Origin: Clostridia bacterium
GTDB lineage: Bacteria; Bacillota; Clostridia; UMGS1883
Assembly: GCA_045545295.1 (NCBI GenBank)
Contig: JAZQAO010000030.1
Location: 606-64,605, forward strand
Direction of reading: 5' to 3'
Length of the DNA stretch: 64,000 nt
Shown here piece by piece: positions 1 to 7,059 of the stretch. The notes beneath the pieces are model-generated. The model worked only from the letters and a program-made list of their open reading frames with translations, had not been told where the DNA came from and ran no database searches. How positions within the stretch are numbered: position 1 is the first letter of the stretch; each line of letters opens with the position of its first letter. The position numbers and the translations under genes were made by a program.

Positions 1-1457
1 CATATAATTTTAACATCGCCATTATGGTTAACAGTTATAACCTTTATTATTTTTTTCATCATTACATTGGAAAATTCACCTGCAAGAGCTTCTTTAATAT
101 GTGAATATAATTTATCAGCGGTCAATGGTTCTTCTTCAATATGGTTATTGATAATAAGAAGCTTATTGCGACACATGTCAAGTTCTTTATCAATCTCCTC
201 TGTTCGGTTTTTAAGAGTCGAAATATCAATAATTTCATTTATGTACATCTCCATAAACTTTTTCTTTTTTACTTCAAGCTTTGATATTTCCTTTTCAACT
301 TCATCTGTGTTTACAGTCTTTTTCACCTGTGTATGCTTTGCAGCCTCATAATTCTTTACAAATTTCTCCTTATCATTTATAACTTCATACAAATGCTCTG
401 TAATCGCAGTTAACAATTCTTCTTCTTTGATTTTCGTTAGGTTGGGACAAAAATCTTTATTGTTGTTATTTCTTCCTGCACACTTCCACTCAATAACCGT
501 TCTATCTTTAAGCTTTCTTATTTTTCTGGTAAAAGAATATCCACAGTGTTCACATTTAATAAGTGTGCTGAAAGGATATTGCGAGCTTACACGTCCGTTT
601 GGGTTTTTATTCTTGTACACTTCCCTGTTTTTTTGAAGCATAATTTGTGCCTTTTCAAAAGTTTCATTGTCAACAATCGCCAGCTCAGGTTTGTGAAAAG
701 TGTATTCACTTACATCTTCAAGTTTTTTCCACTCTCCGGTAAGATAATTCGTCACCTCTGTCTTTTTGGAAATAAGAATACCCTTATAAAGCTCATTTTC
801 AAGCATCCTTCTGACAGTTTTTGGTATCCAGCAGTCTGCGTTTTTATATGTAGGGACTCTTTCTCTGGTAAGTGCTATTGCAATACGCCTTGAACCCATC
901 CCCTGATTTACATACATATCAAAAACCCGTCTAATCACAGCAGCTTGCTTTTCATTGATTACCATATTAAATTTGTCTATTCTGTCATACCCGTATACCT
1001 GATTTGGAACTTTACCGTTTTTTGCGTTGATTTTCTTTCCAAATTTTACTCTGCTTGATAAATTAGCACTTTCTTCTTGCGCTAAAGCAGAAAACATTGT
1101 AAGAACAAATTCACTTCCACCTAAAATAGTTTGATTTGTAGAAAGAAAAAGAACATCTACATTAATCGCTTTCAATTCTCGTATGGAAATCAAGAAATCT
1201 ACAGTGTTTCTTGCAAATCTCGATACATCTTTTACCGCAACTAAGTCAAACAAGCCTAATTTAGCATCCTCCATAAGTCTTAAAAATTCTTTACGATTAT
1301 TCATCTGTTTCCCGCTGATTCCTTCGTCAGAATACATTTTAACCAATGTGTGATTGTTTCTGATTGCAAATTGTTCAAAGAACTCTTGCTGATTTGCCAG
1401 TGATTCTAATTGTTCATCTTTATTAGTAGATACTCTGCAGTATGCTACTAATCTCAT
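1..1457 (-). CDS. Large serine recombinase (resolvase-type catalytic domain, recombinase domain and zinc ribbon); the C-terminal end runs off the window
   Basis: Missing from the ORF track because it is open at the window edge. My reverse-complement translation from ATG 1457 reads MRLVAYCRVSTNKDEQLESLANQQEFFEQFAIRNNHTLVKMYSDEGISGK... It has the catalytic-Ser motif YCRVST, then DVSRFARN, later CEHCGYSFTRK...WKCAGR (Cys ribbon) and a coiled-coil-like tail. A GAAGGAGG RBS sits at 1465-1472. The plus-strand track ORFs 67-893 are its shadows. Confidence 0.85.
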   Translation of the reverse strand, partial: MRLVAYCRVSTNKDEQLESLANQQEFFEQFAIRNNHTLVKMYSDEGISGKQMNNRKEFLRLMEDAKLGLFDLVAVKDVSRFARNTVDFLISIRELKAINVDVLFLSTNQTILGGSEFVLTMFSALAQEESANLSSRVKFGKKINAKNGKVPNQVYGYDRIDKFNMVINEKQAAVIRRVFDMYVNQGMGSRRIAIALTRERVPTYKNADCWIPKTVRRMLENELYKGILISKKTEVTNYLTGEWKKLEDVSEYTFHKPELAIVDNETFEKAQIMLQKNREVYKNKNPNGRVSSQYPFSTLIKCEHCGYSFTRKIRKLKDRTVIEWKCAGRNNNNKDFCPNLTKIKEEELLTAITEHLYEVINDKEKFVKNYEAAKHTQVKKTVNTDEVEKEISKLEVKKKKFMEMYINEIIDISTLKNRTEEIDKELDMCRNKLLIINNHIEEEPLTADKLYSHIKEALAGEFSNVMMKKIIKVITVNHNGDVKII

Positions 1458-1525
1458 TTAATAACCTCCTTCAAAATACAAATACCATAGTTGTTGACTG
1501 GTGTCAAACTATGAAGATATGAATA

Positions 1526-1645
1526 TTATTTAGAGTTACTATAACTTAAAATCATTAACTCAAGTAATTTTTTCTCTATATCAGCATTTTTTAATTGTTT
1601 ATTGTTAGCAATATGTATGACATTTATAGTTTTCTTTTTTTTCAT
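1526..1645 (-). CDS. Hypothetical 39-aa ORF upstream of the recombinase
   Basis: Hand translation: MKKKKTINVIHIANNKQLKNADIEKKLLELMILSYSNSK-stop. A GAGGGA-like RBS lies about 10 nt upstream. Too short for the track and has no recognisable family. Confidence 0.2.
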   Translation of the reverse strand: MKKKKTINVIHIANNKQLKNADIEKKLLELMILSYSNSK

Positions 1646-1795
1646 TTAACAACCGTCCCTCACAAACAAATTTATAGCTATATATATTATTCTTTACACT
1701 TTATCTCTATACACAAATCAATTATCATATAATATTTTTTTATCTTCTCCAATAGTAACATCAGAGCTATGGAAATCTAATTTTAAAAAATGCAT

Positions 1796-1887
1796 AAAAA
1801 AGAAGCGTGCCGCTTCACCCATGTCGCGCACCTGTAAATGTCGAACATAGCTTCACGCGAATAAAATTACGCAAATTCCTATAAGGT
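1796..1887 (-). repeat. Terminator-adjacent repeat, copy 1 (core type A)
   Basis: The plus strand reads AAAAAAGAAGCGTGCCGCTTCACCCATGTCGCGCACCTGTAAATGTCGAACATAGCTTCACGCGAATAAAATTACGCAAATTCCTATAAGGT. On the minus strand this gives the conserved 5' end, then the GAAGCGGCACGCTTC hairpin plus T6. Confidence 0.9.
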
Positions 1888-1978
1888 AAAAAAGAAGCGT
1901 GCTGCTCCACCCATGTCGCGCACCTGCAAATGTCGAACATAGCTTCACGCGAATAAAAAACGCAATTTCCTATAAATT
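1888..1978 (-). repeat. Terminator-adjacent repeat, copy 2 (core type A, slightly degenerate hairpin GGAGCAGCACGCTTC)
   Basis: Direct head-to-tail continuation of copy 1 and nearly identical over its full length. Confidence 0.9.
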
Positions 1979-2072
1979 AAAAAAAGAAGCGTGCCGCTCC
2001 ACCCATGTCTCACCCTCGCAGGAGTGCATACACAGTTCCCCGAGTCATAATTTGACGCAATTCCTATACGAT
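1979..2072 (-). repeat. Terminator-adjacent repeat, copy 3 (core type B)
   Basis: Same termini as copies 1-2, but the core matches the copies at 35267, 50389 and 63918 (CACCCTCGCAGGAGTGCA...CATAATTTGACGCAA). Confidence 0.9.
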
Positions 2073-2113
2073 AAAAAGAGGAGGGGCGTTACGGAAAAAT
2101 TTCCGTAACGCCC
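2071..2113 (-). terminator. Intrinsic terminator of the 2148-5240 gene
   Basis: Perfect 14-bp stem GGGCGTTACGGAAA / TTTCCGTAACGCCC (2084-2097 / 2100-2113) with a 2-nt loop. On the minus strand it is followed by CTCCTCTTTTT, 35 nt after the stop codon. Confidence 0.8.
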
Positions 2114-2147
2114 ACTATTTATATAAACTCATGGCAAAGTTTATACC

Positions 2148-5100
2148 TTAATAATTTAAGTTGGTAATAACGTATACCATCTTCACACTTCCGTTCTGAC
2201 GGAGGATGAAATACTTTGTATTCTTGTCATAGTTTACAAAATTTGCAATTCCGACATTTCCGTCAGGTGATACACCCGGTGTCATTTCAAAATCTGCACC
2301 GCCTGCAAGGTCGTGCTTTGTGATTTTCTTAAGCTCTTTATCCAGGCAGTCATATCTGAAGTACACTGTTGACTTATTTGTAGAATGTACCCAATAGCTG
2401 TCTGATGCATTATCTGAAAGCTGTGCATAAGACTGCTCCATAGGTGCATAATCGGGATTTGCCTTGGTAAAGATACCAAGTCTTTCACCGCTCATGGCAC
2501 AGAGATGTCCAAGTGTCATAACCACGCTTGAAGCCATTCTGTTATTTTTCTCTGTAGCGGTATTATTTGTATACACATCTATGAAGTTGTAGTCGGGATT
2601 ATCGTCACGCTGAGGTGAGTAGAAAAGCTTTATACTGCCCACTTCACCGTTATAGTCACGGCCGATTTGTAAAACGTCACCCTTTTTAAGGTTTCCGTCG
2701 GAGCCGGGATAACGGTATTTTACGGCATTTTTTACAACCTCTTCATCGTATACACGGAATGTAAAGTAGCCTGATGTACCAAAGTAGCCTGTAATGCGGA
2801 TTTTTGTTTCACCGTAAGCATCTGTAACGTATGACCAGTCATCAAGGAAGAAAAGGTTCCAGCTGATTGGAACGGTTTCCGTAATAACTGCCGCACCTGC
2901 TTCCCAAGTAATGTTGGTGTCATAAACCTTTATACCGGGGTTACCGATAAGTCCGTTAACGTAGTCACCGTAGGGAATAACCTGAACCTGTTCGGGATCT
3001 GTTACCTGCAGGTTTCTGCTGTTTCTGCCTACAAGGAAAATCTTGGTATCTTCTGTAATACAAACACCACCGTAAATTGCTCTTGACTCTGTGGTTGCAT
3101 AAGCAGGACCTGAGTATCCGTCGCCACGGTAATAGTCAAGGCTGAATTCACCGGGTTTACATTTAAAGGAATAATTTGACTTGTTTGCGTCAATCTTAGA
3201 AGCTTCCCTGTCGTCTATAACACCGTCACCGTTGGGGTCAATAACAAGGAAGTCGTTATCAGCACTGTTGTCTGTTTCAATGGATGTAAGGATACCCTTG
3301 CTGTTAATTGTTACATATACAAGCTGCGGAACTAAATTTCCGTTAACAAATAAATCTTCGTTTGTCCAGAGGTCGCTTGCAGGTCTTCCCTTTTCCCTGT
3401 TGATAGTAAGCTTATCCTTTGCAGTTACTGCAACTGTATCGTTTGTTTCAAGGTGCATAAGAAGCTCAATATCACCGCTGTGAATACCTGTGCCGTTACT
3501 CATTCTCATAAGATAAGCGTACTGCTTTTTGCCGAAGCTCTGATTCATCATAACAACCTTGCCTTCAAAGTTAAAGCAGATGTCATAGAATGTTCCGCCT
3601 ACGGGGGCAGGATAAAGCTCAGGCAGATTTTTTATAAATTCAGCATAGTTTGCTGAAAGGGCAAATTCTTTATCTTCACCGAAGATTGTATAAACACCTT
3701 CATTATTTTCAACAGAGTCAATCTGAACGTTTCTTACGTCTGTTGAAAGGATAAATCTTACCATTTCACCGCCTTTACTCTTGAAAACTGAAAGAACATG
3801 GTCTTTCATAACTGCGGCAGGCTCGATTATATTGCCGTCTGCATCCTGGAATACTACAGTATCGTAATCCTTGTAAATAATGGAGCTGAAGTCGGGAACA
3901 ACGTATTTGGATGCAATATTTGCCCCGGGCACGTGGCTACCAACAACGATGTCCATATATTCTTCTACCAATACAACTTCATAATCACCGTCTTTGTCGG
4001 CATCAATAAGCTTAAGATTGCCCTCAAATATTTTCATTGTGTCCTTTGTGAAGGTTTCATCGAAAATACCGTTATACAAAAGGTTTGCATAGGGGTCAAT
4101 CTTGAAGTTTCTTATTTTTCCGTTAATTTTTGCTACCACGCAGGATTTTGTGAAGTTATTGCTGTCTTTCTCAAGCTCGTGCGCATCAAGAATAACGATA
4201 TCATTATATCTTTCGTCTGCATAAGCATAGAGAATTGTGCTCACACCGCCCTCTTCACGGTAGTAATAAGTGATGTTCTGACCGATTAAGTCCTTTATCT
4301 TGTCGGAAGCACCGAAAAGCTCTCTTCCTGCGATAATAACCTTTTCACTTGTTACGGTTGACTTCTTATTAATGGCAGTTCTGCCGTTATCTGTCATAAT
4401 ACCTTTTTCAGAATAAATGTTGTGGTAAACATTCATCAGAAGACGGTTTTCATTTTTAGCATAATATGCACTGTTTTCCGAAACGGAAAGCATATCACAA
4501 ACCTCTGTCTCTGCGGCAAGGCACAGAAGCACTGCCGCAAGGTCAAAACTCAAGGGTAAGTTGTAGTCCCCCGGAGCATTTTTCATAAGCTTGATATTCA
4601 TACCAATCTTAATGTAGCCACCAGGGTAACCGCCCTGTACGTTTGCAAGGTCTGTGTAACCAAGTGCACTGAGAACTGTCTTAAGTGCCTGTATATATGT
4701 GATAGGACTTTCGGGAGAAAATTTATCACTGCCAACACCATTCATAAGGCCGTGACTGTATACGAAATTAACTGCATTGTAATATTCGTAAGATGTAGCT
4801 ACGTCACTAAATGGAAGTGCTGCAGAGGGAGAACCCTCACCCCCAAGCAAGTCCATCATCATTGCGGCAAATTCGCCACGTGTTACCGCATCACGGTAGT
4901 ATCTTTCGCTGAATCTGTAAAGACCAAGGTCTGTAAGAAAGCCTGCATTTGAAAGATATCCTTCGGACTGAATACCGTCGTCAACATCAGGAACATCTTC
5001 AAATTCAAAGTCTTTAATTGCAGCATCGTTTTCTTTATCTGTATTATCTTCTATAATTTCCGGTTCTTTTTCTTCCTGCTCGCTGTCAGCTATACCGTCG

Positions 5101-5240
5101 CCATCTAAGTCAGAGAATGCATCATCAGACACAACAGCATCGTCAATTACAGGCTCATCCGCCATTACGGGGAAAGCCACCACGGAAAACAGCATTATGA
5201 AAAACAAGAACCAGGATGTTATTTGTTTTCCCATACGCAT
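2148..5240 (-). CDS. Giant secreted cell-surface protein with N-proximal SLH-like repeats; catalytic function unassigned
   Basis: 1030-aa track ORF. Signal peptide MRMGKQITSWFLFFIMLFSVVAFPVMA, then an acidic D/E linker. SLH-like segments are RDAVTRGEFAAMMMDLLG and FSDVATSYEYYNAVNFVYSHGLMNGVGSDKFSPESPITYIQALKTVL. The GGAGGA RBS lies inside the last codons of the upstream gene. Confidence 0.8.
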   Translation of the reverse strand: MRMGKQITSWFLFFIMLFSVVAFPVMADEPVIDDAVVSDDAFSDLDGDGIADSEQEEKEPEIIEDNTDKENDAAIKDFEFEDVPDVDDGIQSEGYLSNAGFLTDLGLYRFSERYYRDAVTRGEFAAMMMDLLGGEGSPSAALPFSDVATSYEYYNAVNFVYSHGLMNGVGSDKFSPESPITYIQALKTVLSALGYTDLANVQGGYPGGYIKIGMNIKLMKNAPGDYNLPLSFDLAAVLLCLAAETEVCDMLSVSENSAYYAKNENRLLMNVYHNIYSEKGIMTDNGRTAINKKSTVTSEKVIIAGRELFGASDKIKDLIGQNITYYYREEGGVSTILYAYADERYNDIVILDAHELEKDSNNFTKSCVVAKINGKIRNFKIDPYANLLYNGIFDETFTKDTMKIFEGNLKLIDADKDGDYEVVLVEEYMDIVVGSHVPGANIASKYVVPDFSSIIYKDYDTVVFQDADGNIIEPAAVMKDHVLSVFKSKGGEMVRFILSTDVRNVQIDSVENNEGVYTIFGEDKEFALSANYAEFIKNLPELYPAPVGGTFYDICFNFEGKVVMMNQSFGKKQYAYLMRMSNGTGIHSGDIELLMHLETNDTVAVTAKDKLTINREKGRPASDLWTNEDLFVNGNLVPQLVYVTINSKGILTSIETDNSADNDFLVIDPNGDGVIDDREASKIDANKSNYSFKCKPGEFSLDYYRGDGYSGPAYATTESRAIYGGVCITEDTKIFLVGRNSRNLQVTDPEQVQVIPYGDYVNGLIGNPGIKVYDTNITWEAGAAVITETVPISWNLFFLDDWSYVTDAYGETKIRITGYFGTSGYFTFRVYDEEVVKNAVKYRYPGSDGNLKKGDVLQIGRDYNGEVGSIKLFYSPQRDDNPDYNFIDVYTNNTATEKNNRMASSVVMTLGHLCAMSGERLGIFTKANPDYAPMEQSYAQLSDNASDSYWVHSTNKSTVYFRYDCLDKELKKITKHDLAGGADFEMTPGVSPDGNVGIANFVNYDKNTKYFILRQNGSVKMVYVITNLNY

Positions 5241-5243
5241 ATT

Positions 5244-7043
5244 TTATCCTCCGTATTTCTGTAATAAGCTAAAGATAAGTTTTGCAGCCTGTGCACGTGT
5301 AAGAGTTTCTGCAGGTCTGAATGAGCCGTCTTCAAAACCTGAAATTACGCCTGAGCCATAGAGCTTTGCAACGCTTTCCTTTGCGTAATCTGAAATAAGT
5401 GCATTATCAACAGGTGATGAGGGGCCTTTAAGCTGAATTCCCTTGTTATCACAAAGACGTGCAAGCATTACTGCCGCATCCTGACGGCTTACGGAATTTG
5501 CAGGGGCGAAAACGCCATCGCCAATACCGTTTACAATACCTGATGCTACTGCAGTATTGATAACGCTGTAAGACCAGCGGTCAGATGCCACATCGCTAAA
5601 AGCTGCGTTACCGCTGCCTGTAAGGGTAAATGCTTCAACAAGCATTTTCACAAACTGTTCACGTGTAACAGAATCATCGGGACGGAATGAGCCGTCTTCA
5701 AAACCGTTAATTACTTTCTTTTCGGAAAGTGCATTTACAGCTTCACTTGCCCAGTGGTTAGCCGGAACATCTGAATATTTTGTCTTTGCATCTTCCACAG
5801 GTTCATCCTTTTCGGTGGGTGATTCAACTGTGCCGATAGGCTTTGTTGAGCCTTCAACAGGGCGTGAGCTACTTCCACCGAAGGAACCGCCTCCGCCACC
5901 ACCGGAGCCACCGCCTGATGGTTTATTTGCTTCTGCTTCAAGTACCGAAATGCGGTCTGCAAGCGAAGTAAGAACGTCTGCAGGCTTCTTGAAGTCATGT
6001 CCTACGAAAGCCTTGTTTACTTCGTAAGAAGTGTATTTTTCACAATAAAGTTCGTAGTCTGTTGTGTCAAGACCGAGGATTGTTGCGTACTTTGCAATAA
6101 CGGGAGCTATGGTTGTTGAATCCTTACTGTTAAGCATAGAGAGACCTACGGACTGCTCTACAACTCTGTCAATATCGGAAAAGCACTCGGGAGCATCTTC
6201 CTTGAAAATGCCTGCTGCAATTTTCTGTGCCTCACTCTTTTTAAGAGTATAGTCGTTATTTGCTGATGAAAAATCGTAATTCATAAGGTATCCGTAGTCA
6301 CGGATTAAGTAAGCTACATCGGTAGCTTCCGGTGAAGCAGGAAATTTCTGAAGTGCTTCCACTCTGCCCAGAACAACGATTATATCGTTCTTTTCGTTGA
6401 AAAGGTTACCTGTAACAGGGTCTGCCTCAAAGTCGTTGTCACGGATTGCGGCAAACATAGCCTCTACCTGGTCATCAAGGTAGTAGCTGTCTTCCTTGGT
6501 TGTGCCAAGGAGGAGCTTTTTATCTACAAGAAGCTGTCCAAGGCTGTCCCCTGTGAAATCCTCAAACTGACGGAGGGTTACTTCCTGAAAATGCTCGCTT
6601 GATTCAAAGTAGAAAAGCTTTGACGCCTGAACAGGAATTTTACCTGTACCGGATACCTTTACAATTATATAATTGCCTGTATTAACACCTGCGTTAAGAG
6701 GCCACTGTCCGCTGAAGTTTCCGTTTTTATCAGCTCTTAATTCTTCAAGACGGAAAACCTTTGTTTCTTCGGGAGTTGCAAGGGGTTCAAGCTCTGAGGG
6801 GTCCTTTGCCGCACGAAGCTCTGCAGTAAGACCGTCTGCCATTTTGGGGTTATATGCAACCACCATAAGCTGCTGACCGTACTTCGCAGGCGTAACACCT
6901 GACACGGTAAGGGTTGCCCCCTCTGCATCGTACTGTATGTCAATTGCAAGCTCGGTAAAGTCGGAGTTCCATGCAGAAGCACTGAAAGCGACTGAGCCTA
7001 TTGACATAGCCAGCACTAAAAATAGTATAAGTAATTTTTTCAT
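5244..7043 (-). CDS. Secreted S-layer-homology protein (three C-terminal SLH repeats)
   Basis: C-terminal SLH repeats: YSDVPANHWASEAVNALSEKKVINGF..., FSDVASDRWSYSVINTAVASGIVNGI... and ISDYAKESVAKLYGSGVISGF... A Gly-rich linker GGGSGGGGGGSFGG precedes them. I moved the start to ATG 7043 (MKKLLILFLVLAMS..., AAAGGAGA RBS) instead of the track start 7082, which would overlap the upstream gene. Confidence 0.85.
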   Translation of the reverse strand: MKKLLILFLVLAMSIGSVAFSASAWNSDFTELAIDIQYDAEGATLTVSGVTPAKYGQQLMVVAYNPKMADGLTAELRAAKDPSELEPLATPEETKVFRLEELRADKNGNFSGQWPLNAGVNTGNYIIVKVSGTGKIPVQASKLFYFESSEHFQEVTLRQFEDFTGDSLGQLLVDKKLLLGTTKEDSYYLDDQVEAMFAAIRDNDFEADPVTGNLFNEKNDIIVVLGRVEALQKFPASPEATDVAYLIRDYGYLMNYDFSSANNDYTLKKSEAQKIAAGIFKEDAPECFSDIDRVVEQSVGLSMLNSKDSTTIAPVIAKYATILGLDTTDYELYCEKYTSYEVNKAFVGHDFKKPADVLTSLADRISVLEAEANKPSGGGSGGGGGGSFGGSSSRPVEGSTKPIGTVESPTEKDEPVEDAKTKYSDVPANHWASEAVNALSEKKVINGFEDGSFRPDDSVTREQFVKMLVEAFTLTGSGNAAFSDVASDRWSYSVINTAVASGIVNGIGDGVFAPANSVSRQDAAVMLARLCDNKGIQLKGPSSPVDNALISDYAKESVAKLYGSGVISGFEDGSFRPAETLTRAQAAKLIFSLLQKYGG

Positions 7044-7059
7044 GTTGCTTTCTCCTTTA

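Noticed and set aside
67-893. Plus-strand track ORFs 67-351, 427-636 and 546-893
   Set aside because: They are shadow frames of the minus-strand serine recombinase, which gives a continuous, motif-bearing translation.
1842-1855. An SOS-box-like CGAACATAGCTTCA inside the type-A repeats
   Set aside because: The right half-site CTTCA departs from GTTCG at several positions. The motif is absent from type-B copies, so it is probably coincidental.
1796-2072. A tandem repeat array that could be mistaken for a CRISPR array
   Set aside because: The units are ~92 bp and abut directly with no unique spacers. The same unit occurs singly elsewhere in both orientations. No cas genes are in the window.
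1899-2108. A 69-aa track ORF spanning repeat copies 2-3, and the short ATG-initiated frames inside each repeat
   Set aside because: It lies entirely in repeat and terminator sequence. It has no RBS, and the frame is not preserved between copies.
3798-4289. Antisense or alternate-frame ORFs inside large genes (also 12121-12675, 15205-15756, 16895-17386, 31689-32357, 43591-44025, 61200-61784 and 62801-63634)
   Set aside because: They are fully nested in genes with clear family motifs. Their translations are low-complexity or Cys/Phe/Ile-rich, with no RBS.
5860-5915. A G-rich low-complexity DNA stretch
   Set aside because: It encodes the GGGSGGGGGGSFGG interdomain linker of the SLH protein, not an independent repeat element.
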